A stretch of DNA of 64,000 nt from assembly GCF_021028975.2 (NCBI RefSeq), contig NC_059432.1:36332001-36396000 (forward strand). Reading direction: 5' to 3'. The notes beneath the pieces are model-generated. The model made no database searches and was not told the DNA's origin. It was given only the letters and a program-made list of their open reading frames with translations. Below are positions 38,401 to 53,400 of this stretch, piece after piece. Position 1 is the first letter of the stretch. The number at the start of each line of letters is the position of its first letter. The translations under genes were made by a program, and so were the position numbers. This DNA comes from Sphaerodactylus townsendi (taxonomy: Eukaryota).

Positions 38401-41400
38401 GTAATGCTAAGTATCCCTAAGGCTGAAAACACATAAGTGTCATATTAAATGCAAGCAGGGTGTTTTTATCCTGACTTTGCCCTTTTAAAAATATTGATGT
38501 TCGAGATAAGCAATGGAATTTGATAGGTTTTATTTTTATTTTATTTATTTATTTTATTAAACTTATAGGCTGCCTATCCCCGAAGGGCTCAATTCATTTG
38601 AATTTAGTTACAAAATAAAAAAAGTACTAAAGACAGGACTAGTCTCATTAGGAATAATCTTCTTTAGTTTGTTAGTCTATGAAATCCTATCCTGCTTGGG
38701 TGTATTCACAATAACATAATGACTTGGAATTTAAGATACATATATCCCGTAACTGATTGAAGTTTTTTTTTAAAGCCTATGTTACAAAATATTGAAAATA
38801 TATAGAATAAAAAAATAGACAAAACGTGTATGAAACCACACTATTTAATGCATTGTCATTTGACATATTCTTCATTAAAATAAAAAATGAAATTCCTTTG
38901 CCTCTTGGAAATACATCCAAGTACTACAGTTTTGTTTTCACCTCCCCAACACTACCTGGCCTTTAAAAAACAACAACTGAGGGGAGTTTCATAAGAAGCT
39001 GGAGGTGTTGTGGGGGAGGCTAGCACAAGCCTACCAAATGAGTCTATAAACCTACGCCAACTGACCTGGGAGTAAATCTCATGAAACACAGAGGTCTTTA
39101 ATTCTACGTAAACATATGCAAGATTGAGCTACAAGCAGGTTTCTGGATCTCCAGGTTATTCATTATTTATACCTGACACGCTACTTTGGTGTCCTCAAAT
39201 CACATCATTTTGCTTGTGTAATAAACAAACAAACAAACCCCCAAAACAAACAGCAAAACCCCTGATGTAGGCCACAGGAATTTTCATCCCAATTCAATTA
39301 TTTTGTAGTAATTAAAAAAAAAATCCTGCACTACCTTTTAAGGCTAAAATGGTAAAAAAAATATGTGTTCAGTTCCTCTTAAGAAAAGCCTGACAGAATT
39401 TTTTAATCCCTCTGAGGGAAAAGGTTCTGAGTAACCCCACCAACTCCCAAGATACTTTCATGCCTGTGGAAATCCTTTCTGAAAACAAGCGATCAGAGAC
39501 TGCATCTTTCCCCAAGTCTTGACCCCGGCAGAAACAAGGTTGAAAGCTGCAAACAGCAAGCGCAAAGGGCAGGTCCAAAGGGATCCGCAAGTCTGCCTGT
39601 ATAAGGCATGCGATGCCAGTGCAATAATCCCACTAGACACTACTTTAATTCAAAGACTCCATACAGCAGCCCACTTGCAGCCCAAGAACATAAAATTGCT
39701 GCTCTTAAAGCAACCTCCCCCCAACATTCTTTCTTATGGAAACTTCACAGTGCCATGCCTTTAGAAATATACATTTTTTTTAGTTGATGAACAACATGTA
39801 TGATCAAGTCTAAACAATGCGTAGGAGTAACTTGGAAGAGGGGCAAAAACAGCTTCCCAGTTTTCCTCCTCCCAAATATGACCCCATCAGTATCTAAGAC
39901 GGTACACAGTTTACCATGGATTAACCGTAATGAGATTATGCCACTTTACATTAGGCCAATATTCTAAAAGCAATGACATGCTTATCATAACAATAATGAG
40001 CTCATCGTTTGTTTACGTTGGCTGTTCTTGTCCTCAGCAACACGGTAAGTTGGCAGGGAAAGGAATGTTTATGCTAATTCCATGTTGCACTTATGGACTG
40101 CATTATGCATTATGGACCATCCACGAAGAAAAAGGTGTGAAGGAGTTACCATACTAGATGTCACAAAAAAAACCCTGAAAGGCTTTAAAGATTCCCAGTT
40201 TTAGAAACCACATTGGGAATCAGGCTATTTTGAATTGCCATGAAGTTATAGTCAACTTATGGTGACCCCATAGGGTTCTCAAGGCAAGTGACACAGATGG
40301 TTTTGACTTTGCTTGCCTCTGTGTAGTGGCCTTGGACTTCTTTGGTGGTCTCCCATCCAAGTACTAACCAGGGCTCACCCTGCTTAGCTTCTGAGATCTG
40401 ATGAGATCAGACTAGCCTGGAATATCCACATCAGCTTTTGAAATGGGAATGTTCAAATGTAATTCAGGGGCAGGGTGGGAGGGAGGTTATTCTTCCACAA
40501 AACGAAGATGTTCCTTTCAGCCTTAAGTGTCCTTAACCTTCTCATATCTCTTCCCTTTCCATTTTGAATCTGAGAGGTTCAAGTTAGAGCTAGCCCTATA
40601 TAAATATTAGTCAAGGTGAAACACATCATAAGAATGTAAGAACTGCTCTCCTGGTTCAGACCAGAGGTTAAATTAATCTGAACCTCTCTTCAGCAATAGT
40701 TTCTCAGATGTTCCCAGGAAGATCACAAAGAAGGTGTGGTTGAGATAACTGTCTCCTTATGTTTTCCCACTGCCAGATAATCACATGGGTACACTTTCGG
40801 AGTAAGAAGGCTTGCTGAAGCTATCACTCTTAGCTTTGCACAGTGGCAGTATTGTAGCCAAGGTGCAATTATTGCTATCACTCTTAAAGTCTTAGTACTC
40901 TAAAATGTCAATGTTCACATACCTTAAATGTTGAAAGACCGTAAAGTCTTGCTGTGTGAACTGTTTCTTGGGAAATATTTGTAATATTTGTTATAAAATC
41001 CTCAAGGTATTTACATGCTTGCTCCAAATGTGTTGTGTTTATGATAATTTGTACCAGCTGAAACATACAAGAGCAAGTTAAGATAAAAATGGCAATTTCA
41101 CAGGGAGAATATTTATAATTTTTTACCAGTTATACCACCTTATGCAATCTTCCGAAGTTAAATGACTATCCTTCAGAATAAAATGAAGATATCAGACAGA
41201 AACTTTCAACTTGTCTATTTTTAGGGAACTCATTCCATACGGACTTATCTACCAAAGAACCTTCACATCTCTTCCACATAATATCTGTGCATTGCAGAAG
41301 ATACTGTAACCCATGTTTCACATCAGTGAAATTCAGTGGGATGCTGGGTCTGTTGAACTTTATTGTGTGAATTCAGCACATATTCTAGAATGTACCCAAG

Positions 41401-44400
41401 ACTTCTCCAATGACTGCAACATCCCAGCAAAGAACGTAATATCAAATGCACAGCAAGGGAATTTTTCAGCCTTTATTATCATTGAGAAATTTCTGAGGAA
41501 CCATAAGGTTCTCTGAGGCCCTTTCCGCACGGGCCAATAAACACATGTTAAATGCGGGATGAAACCTGGGTTGGAGGGAGGGACTTCACTTGGATCCTGC
41601 TCCTAACGTGGTTTTTCAAGAATGGCAATTTTTGTGATTCTTTTCTTTTAATGCGCCTCACAGCTGTAGCCGGGCGAACGGCCAGGCAGGAGGCGCATTA
41701 AGCGGCTACGATTCTCTAGTTGGATCTTAGTCCCTGGCTCACATCTGCTGACCCACACAGGGACAAAAGGCCGTATCATGGTCCTGGGGGTCGGTCGTGC
41801 CTGCCTATGAAGTTCTGTGTTGGGTGGCGGTAAGAAGCACAACAAAAGATGCACCACCCTGTGAAGGTGCATGCCCAGTTCACATGGCTGGCTGTCCACG
41901 GGACAGTCAGCCATGCGAATGGGCCCCAGCCCATTCATGTAACCCACCTTCCACCCACACTTATTAGTCCATGCAGCAAGGGTCCTAAATATACTTTAAA
42001 AAACGCCAACGAACTGCACAATTGCGCACTTCGTGCCAAGACATGTTTTTCACTAAACTTACCTCTGTCAAACCTATGTGAGGTTTTTTGATGAGGTTTT
42101 GTAAACAATTGCTTAAAGTTCTAGTCAGCAGCAAGTTTGTAGACTTTCTAAGCATATCATCTATTTCTGTTGAACTGAAAAACAAAGTTTGAGTTAAAAT
42201 AAATGAAGAAAATTGCCAACAAAACCATTAAATAATTTTTTGGTCTTTGAAAAACGAAAGGGCCAAAATTACTTCCAAAGCTGTATGTGCCCACATCTGT
42301 AGCTGGCATCTTCAGAGGTGTATCACAGAGGGAAGTCCATTACACACTGTGTCACTGTGTGTATGGGTTTAAGTCCTCTGTTTCTGTACAGGTAATGTTT
42401 AGAACCCAGTATACATTGTGGGGATAACAAAGTCAACATACAAAGAAAGGAAGAATGGAACAAATTGCTGGCTTGACTTAGACACCCACAATCAGTCAGC
42501 ATGGAGCAACATGCATGCAGACCCCCACTGAAACGCTGCCGAATTTTCACCTTTGTCATCTTGGTTGGGCCTGCTATGACTCCATCTGGGCCCACCTGTT
42601 CCCTCCCTTCCTTCTTTCATCTTTCCCTTGCTTTTAGCCTTAGGAACAGGCGCCTGTCTGAACTGTTTATACTGTTGAATGGCTTGGATCGTTTAAATTA
42701 TATGTAACTGCTGCCGGAATTTTAATGCGTAAGTTATGTTGTTGAGTTGCTGTTAATAACAGCCATGTTGTTGAGCCCCCTCGAGCCCTTCGGGGANNNN
42801 NNNNNNNNNNNNNNNNNNNNNNNNNNNNNNNNNNNNNNNNNNNNNNNNNNNNNNNNNNNNNNNNNNNNNNNNNNNNNNNNNNNNNNNNNNNNNNNNNNNN
42901 NNNNNNNNNNNNNNNNNNNNNNNNNNNNNCCCACACCCAAGATTGAGAATGCCAGAAAGAAAGCAGAGTTCCCAATAACTTTTAGCAAGGAAGAGGAAGA
43001 ATGTTACAAGAGCAAGGTCCCTGGAGGCAAAACAGCCATTAGCCTTTTAGTTCAGGAAAATGAAGGTTGGTGGCCAAGTCGCAGGTGACGTTGAAGTGAA
43101 CTTTTCATGGCAATGCCAACCTTATAACAGTACTGCTAGCAATGATAACTTCAGGTGACAAAAGGAACAGGCAGTACTCCTCCTCCACAGAGGAGGCTGC
43201 AGGCAGAGGACTAACAGACAACATGGGCTTCTTAGCCGGCCTCTCATAACAAACTCCAGTCTCTATTCACCTTGGGGTTCCCACCTCCGGGATGGAAAAT
43301 TCCAGGAGATTTTGTGGGTGGAGCCTGGGGATGACATGGTTTTGAGGTGGAGGTACTTCAGCAGAGTATAATGCCATAGAATTCACTTACAATGCATCAT
43401 TTTCTCTGGGGAAACTGATCCCTGTAGCCAGGAAATCAGTTGTAGTTCCAGGGGATCTCCAGCCACCAACTAGAGGTTGGCAACCCTGCCCCATTCAATC
43501 CAGTATTATTGTTCAGGTCCTAAAGGGCTCTATAAACACTCTTTCTCCAGCAATTAGGGCCCTGCGGGACCTTGGCGAGTTCTGCAGGGCCTGCAAAACT
43601 GAGCTGTTCCACCGGGCTTTTGGGGAGGCTGGCCAGTGAGTTCCGCCCCTCTCTGATGCCCATGTACCACCTGTTTATTTTCAGCAATTTGCCAGCCCCC
43701 TCCCGAGGTTAGGACCAGATACTATCCACCAAATTGTGGGTGGGTTGTACTGTTGCTACTGTTTTAACTGGATTTTATGGATTTCAATGATGTTATTCGA
43801 TTTGTCTTTTGTATACTGTTATTTGCTGTTTCCTGTCCAACTTGTACACTGCTCTGAGCCCTTCAGGGATAAAGCAGACTATTAAATTGAATTATTATTA
43901 TTATTATTATTATTTAATAATAATAACAACAACAATAATAATATTAACAACAACAATAAGGGTGAGGCTCAAATTGTAATGAAGGCCAACAACCAGCTAA
44001 GGATCTGGCAGCTGTGAAATCTACCATAATAATAATAATATATGATGGAAACATTGCTCAGAAGAGCAGCAACACAAACATTACCACACAAACGTTCCCT
44101 GGTTCAATTCCCTAATTACAGATTTCCCAAGAAAAAACAGATGGAAAGAAAGATATAGTCATTCATGACAGCCTGAACGACTACACTTTCAAAAGTCAGT
44201 GGTGTGTGGAATATTTCTTAACGGTACTTTAGTCTAACTACAATACTCTTTTAATTCTTATGTTGTTTTTGCCTGTCTAGATTTTCTATTCCTACTTGTG
44301 GGGCTGACCAGAACTGAACCAGTAAGGGGAAGGTGGCCTACAAATGTTGTTGTTAATAATAATAACAACTACATATAGCATTAAAGATATAAACAGTGAA

Positions 44401-47400
44401 TGATTTCCACAGGCATAATGAAAGATTTCAAAAACATACTTTCTATCCTTTTTTGGTAATCACATAGGAAATTGATCAGGAGAGCTCTTCAGCCATGCTT
44501 TGCTAACCACCTGACAAATTTTAATACAGGCATTGGTGTAATATGAGCTATATTTGTTATCAGTATAATTGGAAAAGACTAATTTGTATGGTTAATTAGT
44601 TCCTGTTTAGATATGGAGACCAACAGGCACTCCTTAGTAAGTATAGCTTATTAGTTCAGTATGTGTGAAAAGAGGCTAATTTACAATTGTCAACAGTGCC
44701 CAGCTGGATGACAAAGTGGAAATAGCTTCCAGATTCCAGCAAAGCAAAACAGAATTTCACATTTTATCCAGCTAAAGGAAAGTTTTTAAAGATCCGTTAA
44801 AATGGAAACCTTTTGTGCAACAATGTAAAGTTCTCTTTGTATGTTCTTTGCTCAACTATTTGAAATAAAACCTCTCACTGTTCTGAATGGTTTTAAAAAG
44901 AAACAGTGAAAATATAGTTCTGAATAGGCATGAAGATAATTATTAACAATAAACTCAACAACAAAATATTATTTCCACGAGTGGATCAAACATGACAGGT
45001 TTTTTTTAAGTTGTGTAAGTAAAAGAAAAAGCAAGCCACAACTCAATGGCACAAATACAAGGCCAAAACTAGGAAGGGAGCACGTAGATCCTGGAGTCAA
45101 AGACACAGCTTCATACTAAAGTGGCAGATCACACTATAGGATAGCTCCATACAATCCCAGCCATGACAGAAACTCAGCAGTAAGTCTGCATATTCCTGAG
45201 GTGATTTCACAGGGGCACCAGCGATCTGAATTGGTTCTAGGCTTTAAAAGCTTTTATCTGGCAGTACTAACACTATTACACACCAAATTTCATATCACAT
45301 TCACAATACATTAGCTGTACAGTTTGCTTTTGTGAGTGCTTACCTGCGGTGAAGTGATTCTGAAAACTTAAGGCTTGCATAAATGAATTCTTTAACCTGG
45401 ATATAAATTTGAGGCACTGACTGAGACATTGGAAGTTTCTTTGGAAAACACTGCTGTGGAAACAAAATTTTCAGAGCCATGTTATACCCGATTTCAAACT
45501 GACTGGCAAAAACTACACTATGCATTGTTAAACTATTAAAAAACTACACTATGCATTGTCTGATGCCACATATCTGGGGTTTTTTTCCTCTCAGCACAGA
45601 AAGAGGTATTCCATACCTAAAATGTGATGTACAAAACATCTTTTCTTCATACAAAATATATTTTATTTATTTATTTTATTTCTTTGATTTTTATACCGCA
45701 AGATCCCCAAAGGGCTCCGGACGGTGAACAGCACAATTCAAACATCAAACAGGAGCAGGTCATACACAAAATACAAATACATAGGCTCCATCCCATAATC
45801 ATCAATAAAACAACCTAAAAACTCATATAAAACAGCAGATAACAGTTAATACATACAGAGGCGTCCAGAAACCCCAATTTAAAACCTACCCCTTAAAAGG
45901 GGGGACGGCGGGCCCCTCAATATGAGGGGACCCTGATGTAACAGCACCAAGGCAAAGAGCAGTAAGGGGGCACCATATCAGCAGCTGGACACTCCAAAGG
46001 CCCGGTGGAACAGCACAGTCTTACAGGCCCTGCGGAACTCGCCAAGGTCCCGCAGGGCCCGGACAGCTGGAGGAAGGGTGTTCCACCAGGCCGGGGCCAG
46101 TGCTGTAAGGCCTGTGTGGAGGCAAGCCGCATCATTGAGGGGCCGGGGATCACCAGCAGATTGGCCTCCAGTATTCTAGTATTTACGTCTCCACTGCTGA
46201 ATCTATGGCTACTATTAAATTACAAAGAATACAGCTACATGTTCTAAATTTCGTAAACAAACTAGCAAAGAAAGTATGGAAGGTTTTGTCCTCCCAAATT
46301 CTTTCAGATATTATCCAGGTATCAAATTCCACTTTTGTCTACTGCTTTTCCAATAAGTGACAAAGAGCACATTAAAAAAATCCTCCATGGCTACTGCTGC
46401 CAATGTAATGCCTGAAAATGGTGGAATAAACTCACACATGAAGAAGTCAGGATGACAAAAGATAGCATGTGTACAATCCCACAACCCTATTAGCTGAGCA
46501 GCCTGGTGCTGCCCAGTAGAGGGGAAATACTGCACAGAATATGAACACTCTATTCAGTAAACGGAAGGCATTCACAGTATACAACAGAAACTCTGGCAAA
46601 GATGGTCACAAGTTACTACCACCCAGAATTAATTGCAAATGAGTAATACTTATTTGTACCCTGCCTGTTTCCAAAGATTCAAGTTGCCAAACAATACAGA
46701 ATACAATCAACCAAGAGTACACAAGTCAACAACATCAATATAGGCCTGATAATAATAATAAAATTCAATTACAATCCTAATGCAGGCCTCAACGTTAATC
46801 ATAAAAGAAGGGTCTGAACAAAAGCACTCCCAGAAGATATCCTTGCATACCTTCTAATGACTGAGAAGGCCCCAGATCAAACAAAGGATGAATCATCATA
46901 AAGAATAATGACTTGTTTCTTTAAAAAATACTTTTGAGCTTGCAATACCATGTCAAAACACAATAAGCAACAGTGACGGTTCATCTAATCACTGAAATCT
47001 TAATCTAACTAGTACAATTTATTTGCACATGAGAATTAAATTCAAAAATGACTCAAACCTATATTGTTCAGACACTAACACTCCTTCGTTTTAAAGGGAG
47101 CATAAGTATATGTACTCACCTTATCAAGTTCTAGATCCTGAAAGGGAAATTTGCTGATAACTATTTTGTACTCCTCCTCATTTGATACAGGTATTGGGCT
47201 GTAATTATCTGCTTCAAAAATATCCCTGCATAATTAAGTGAACAAGTTAGGAACATAAATCCTCAAACGCATCCTAAACGTGACAATAAGGAAACAATAT
47301 GTCCACAACTAAAAGTAAGCAATTCTTAACCCGTCACTTGCTTTGAAAAAGTAAAATCAAGCACATGCTTAGCTCAGGCGTGATGGAAAGGTCATTAAAC

Positions 47401-50400
47401 ATTCTGTCACCACACAGAGCTGCTTAACAGAAAGTGTGGGGACTGCTGGTGGGCAGAGGTGCAAAGAAACAGCTAAAGCACAGCAGTAATACTACTAGGG
47501 CTAACTGTGTCAGAATGATTTGTGTTAAGAGTGAAATAACTATTGGGCACAAACTGATACTGCAGACAAAACCCTATTGACATATTTTCATGGTCTGCTT
47601 TTTCCCTCATGTAACTTACAATACAGTGCTAGGCAGAGTTACTCCAGTCTAAGATCACCAAAATCAATGCATTTCAAATAACCTGCCTAGGACTGTGTCC
47701 TTAGACTGATTTTTTTGGATACATGGATAGGTAAGATGCTGATGTGAGGCACTACAGATTGAGACCACTGAAAGATTTCACAGCGAGCAATTCACATTCT
47801 TTCCTCCCTCCCCTCCCTTGCATGCCACACCTCACTCTCTCCCCTCCCTCACTCCTCTTCCCTTGCATGCCACCCCTCCTCCTCCCTCCCTTCCCTCTCC
47901 TCTCCCTCCACTGGGGTGGGTGGGTCATGTCCAGATGCCGGGCCCCCTCCCCTCTTGCCTTAAAAACCTTTTGAAAGGTCACCCATGTCTTCCTAACAAT
48001 AATGACTAGAAACATGCTAGCTGTTGTATTTCAAGTTGAAAACTGCAGATGTTGAATCCTGCCTCTGGTATCAAATTAAAGCACAATAGTGAATAAACAC
48101 AGGTCAGGGTATTATGCCAAGACCAAGAGGTGCAGAAGTTGTGTGATTCAAAATATGATTCTGCTGACAGTAATTCTTCAGATTATCTAAACTATTAACA
48201 TTTCAGAATACCAACAGCACCTCAAGAACTGGAAACTGAAATATTCCAGTGTACTTCTATCAAAGAAATAACCAAAATCATGTAACATAACTTCAAAAGT
48301 TTTTTTTCATTTAACAATACTAACCTGAATAGCACAGCCCATTTTTTAAGTAGCGTTTCATTATACTGGTCTCTTATTTCAAATAAGAGATCAAATAGCC
48401 TGTTCACAGGAAAACCATAACCCTAAAAGAAAAACACAAAAAAGAATATTGAAATAGCTATCATCATACTTGAACACAGAGGGCAGCAACATTCTACATG
48501 TTGCTGCCACCAAAAATTTAGTTAATCAGATCCATCATGCAAAATTCTTTCCCCCACAAAATCCTTCCCTTCCATGTGTGAGGATTGCTACCTTTGTCTT
48601 GTATGTATGTATCTCCTATACTCTTGAATCCTATGCCTTGGTTTACTCACTTGCAGTGGTACTCTGGTAGTCAAAAAGACAATACTTGCTCATTATCTCT
48701 CACATACTTTCATAGTATGTGAAAGCCACAATAATTTCTCACTGAACCTTAGTGTATGATTGCTCACTTTTCGTGGAGACAGATCTTATGAATCTGTGGA
48801 AGGTACACCTGTGACAGACCATCCAGAAGACACACTCTGGAGTGAGAAATGTGGAAAGCAAATGGTGGCAACTTCTACTGAGCCAAATTGTGAGTCAAGG
48901 TTTACTTCCCGCCTTATTATACATGGGCTGCAATTCTAATAGGTTGAGTATACAGGGCTTTGAAGATTCAACCCCCCTAGATAATTTTATTTTAATGATG
49001 AAAATAAACAGGTGAGCCAATAGGTGAACTGACGGAGCAAGCTCAGAAAATGGCGCCTGGAAGGAAGTCTGGGGACTACTGAGCAGCATGGGAACCTTTT
49101 CCACAGATCTGCACAGCAACTGAAAACACTTCCTCAAAAGAATTGATAAGTAAAAACATTTCCACAAAAGAATCGCTAAAGAAGAGGATTCATTTAAAAC
49201 ATTTTCAGGCTGAAAATAAAACGTTTTGGTGAAAAAACCAAAATGTAGAACTCCAAAGAGGAAGCATTTCATTTCCTGCATTAAAACATTTTATTTTGGT
49301 TGTGTGGAAAGGGCCATCATCATACAGCTCCAATACAATTATTGCCATTGATTGGGAGGGGGAGTGGTGGCGTTGGACTCAATTAAATAATAAAATTGGT
49401 ATTTTAGGAGGAACACAAGTTGAGATTGAAGTGTGCAGAATAACACCACATAGCACAGAAGTAAACCTGAACTTGCCATGACGACTCTGTTAAGCAGAAA
49501 GTTGTTGCCAATAATGGCTTTGTAATAATCACACCAGTACGGTGCATTTGTTTTAATACATGCATTCCACGCTCTTACATTTTAGGTGTACACTTTAACC
49601 AACTTCAGGGTATGCCTAAACATGTATTCTGCCAAAGGGGGCTATCCTAAAGCATGTATTCCTAATTTTGATTTTTCAACATGCATTTGCACTCACTGAT
49701 ACATGGCCTTGGAGTTCCATTTGGAATTCTTTTACTGCCCAAACTGAAATAACAGTTTAAATCCATTGCTACACACACTACCAACCTGCAAGGTATCGGC
49801 AAACACAACAATCAGATTCTTCAGCTCCAAAACCAGATCAGGATCAGTGCAATAGGACTGAAAGTTAAAATTACATAAGGTTTGTTTTTTTACATGAACA
49901 AGACAACAAAGATACTTTAAGCTCTGGTGAATTGTTATCCAGCTTCCTGGTCAGCAACTTATCAACAAGTCAATCTTAAGAGTGGAGTGGGGAAGAGATG
50001 GAGACAAACCCCATCACCACAATTAGCTATAAGACAAAACTTTCAGCAATTTATTCTCCAGCTTGGGGGAGGGCAAACAGCATGCCAGGAAGAGACCCCA
50101 TGCAACATCTCTCTCTCTCTTTTTTTTTTACACTATTAAGTCATAGCTGATTTATGGAGACCCCTCAGGGTTTTCAAGGAAAGAGCCACTCAGAGGTGGT
50201 TTGCCACTGCCTGCTTCCATGTCAGGTCTGGTATACCTTGAGAGGTCCCCCCTCCAAATACTTGCCAGGGTCAAGGCTTAGAGTGGGTGACTGGCCCAAG
50301 GTCACCTAGCAAGCTTCCATGGTGTAAGTGGGGATTCAAACCTGTGATTCCCAGATCCTACTCTGACACTTTAACCACTACTCAATGCTAGCTCTCCCAG

Positions 50401-53400
50401 CACACTTGCTGCTCAAAATGGTCTGCATAGTAAAAAGGCAGACAGATCTTTTCTTTATTATGTCTCAGTCTCTCCCCCAGCAAAAAAAAAAAGGTAGAGT
50501 AAAACAGGGTAGTGGGGGGGGGGGGGAATGAAAGAACTTCATCCTTGTGTCTGGTTTTCACTTTAAATAGGAACCAAGTCCAAGTGCTAGTACTTGCAAT
50601 AAGCAGAAAGAAAGGGAAATATATAATTTCAATTGTGTGAGAGGCTGCTTGGTTGGTATCTTTTATGTAGATGCATAGTTTTAACCACAGTAAATACTAT
50701 CCCAAGCCATCGTAAAAGGTTCAACCTCAAGTAATCCTAGCTACTCTATCATTCTTTTTCATGCAATTGTCAATTGGATAGACCAAAAAACTTTTTACAA
50801 ACAAAGATAATTTTACTCTATAAAGTGAGACACAGCAAAATATAACTAGTACTAAATTTACAATACTGGCCCAGCTTCAAGTAGCTAGTAAGGGATCCCT
50901 TACAAAGCAGATGTAATGCTTTGGGAGTACCAAAGGGCAGCTCTAAAGGTTTTGCTGGGGAAGTTTATTTTGGAAACAGGGGTTTTGGAATGATAATTAG
51001 GAACTACTTCCTGGTGGGCTTTCAGTGCTAAACTGATTCAATCTGATCTGATGAAGAGGTCAGTTGAAACTAATTAGGACAGATTGCAATAATAACAGCA
51101 GATTAACTCTGCATATTCCAAACTACCAGACTAAGAGCACAGTTTGGGAGATCCAGGGAGTTGTAAATCAGTAGAAGATTATGCAGATTGGCCATGGCTG
51201 TGGCTCACAGCCTGATACTACTGGGATAAACAAAAGCCTGGCAAGTCTTCCCCTACTGGGAGTAATTTTTAATTCCCCCCCCCCCAAAAAGTCCCTCACA
51301 GATAGAACTGTATTTTTTCATTTTGACATTTTACCCTTCTTTAAAACACAGGGGCAGGCTCCTTCAGTAAATTAGCTGAAAGGACACAGGCACAAGGCCT
51401 GGCCACTTACCGAATGAGTTCTAAGAACAGCTATGATCTTTGAAAGCGCCATGTTCCAGAGTTCATCGGTGTAAGCTCTTGTTATCAATCCTTGAGTTAC
51501 ATGTAAAATGTGATCTTCCACTACAAAAAAGCTGACACGTACACACACATAAAATGGACTTAACAGTGAAATAATTATTTTTTCCTAACACATATAGCAA
51601 AGAAACTCTGTTCTTGTCCTCATCAATCAATTAATGGGGTGTAAGCTAAAATATTTTTTTGTTTGTTTTCTTTTAGATGGGAAGGAGATCTTTGGAGTTA
51701 GATTGTATTGTTTTTCATCGGGCTTTGTAAAGCAACCTTGAGTCATGAGACAAACTGGACATAAATATTTTAATAAAATAAAAATGGTTTGGTTCAAGCC
51801 ATACTGCTTGTATCAGAGTTGAACTACAATCAATATTTTTGTTTCGGTCAAAGACCAGAAGGTATCAAATATAGAATATAAAATCCACATTTCCAGACCA
51901 AATACAAAATAAAATTGAGGTAACCTGTTTCCAAAGACTGTTTGTACAAACCCTAATATAAGTTGAACTACAGACAAACAATAAAGAAGAAAATTAGAAT
52001 ATTACCCGTTCTTTATCTTTTTTTTTTCCACTAGAAGAGATTTAACAGAATTCACAAACTAGTTCTATCATCCTCTGCTATGTGACTTGGAAACATGGAC
52101 CTCAGCTGCAGTAGCAGTTATATAGGCGCCTGAATGATACTGCCCATGACCACATGAGAGGAACACATTTCGTATAGCTTAAGCTACAGTTCAGTTCTGC
52201 ATACTTTACATGGACATGAACAAGAGAAATATAGGCTTGTTTGTATCACAAATACAAAATAAGTAGGGTTGCCCGCCTCCAGATCACAGAGATCAGCTCC
52301 ACTGGACAAAATGGCATTATACCCTTATAAAAGGTTTCTCTCTTCCCCAAGCCACCCTCCGTGGCTCCAAGAATTTCCCACCCCAGAATTGATAACCCTA
52401 CAGGTAAGCCCAGAGTTCACTTTCAAAGCAGTTTAGCTATTACGAGGTACGAGGAGAAACCACAAGTCATCCAGTTTCCCATCTTTCTTCATTGTCTTTT
52501 GCAATGTTTGAAAATGTCTTTAACAGGGCATCAGTGGTCTTCCACAAATGCTGTAACACGCCTGAAAATGAATACTGTAAATGCTCAGCAGTTAAACATT
52601 CCAATGAGGAAAAGTCACCCAATTTAACACTATAACACTTAGAAGAACAGTTAGTTGGGGACTTACCCTACAATTTGACTGAAGTATCTTCGGTAGCCTT
52701 CTACCGTTTCATGCTTTAAAAAAAAGAACACTTATTTCAACAGTGAAGTTACATATCCTTGCAAAATTTCAAGACAGGTTGGTCCTGTGGTCATGCATGT
52801 TTTGATTTTGTTAAAAGAAACAACAACAATCAAGTACCATATTTGACTGGGGCTGTAATACTAGTCTTGCTTGTTTCCTTCTCTGTTTTCTGTAGTAGTT
52901 TTCAAATGTTTCTGCATCAGCCTAAGGAAAATAATGCACACAAATGAATTTTAAGACACCTTCTTTTGGTTGGAAAAAAAAACCCCAGCAACACAAAATA
53001 TCTATTATTTACTACCACAGCAAACTTTGCATTGGTTCAACAAGCTGCATTCAAGCATATATGGAAGCTCCTTTGTAATATGTTACAGCTGGACTTAGTA
53101 TAAAAAGTCTTGACTTATATTTTCACAAGAACTGCTTTGGGCCACAGAGAGAAACACATCTCACCATGACATGCCCTGAAGATGCCCGCCAGAGATGTGG
53201 CCGAAACGTTAGGAGCAAAAACTACCAGACCATGGCCACACAGCCCAGAAAGCCCACAATAGCCAATTGATTCTGGCTGTGAAAGCCTTCAACAATACAA
53301 TAAACTGATTTGAAGTTGCAATACATTTCAGTTCCCCAAAAATGGCCATGCTGACATGAGGTAATTGGGGGCAAGGGGAACAAACTACACGAGTCTTCCT

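Noticed and set aside
40330-40432. 5S rRNA gene
   Set aside because: Diverged and partial, fused to a repeat tail, and present in several dispersed copies, so it is a SINE head
47795-47960. Pyrimidine/purine-skewed tract with G-quadruplex potential
   Set aside because: Low-complexity sequence with no further evidence of function
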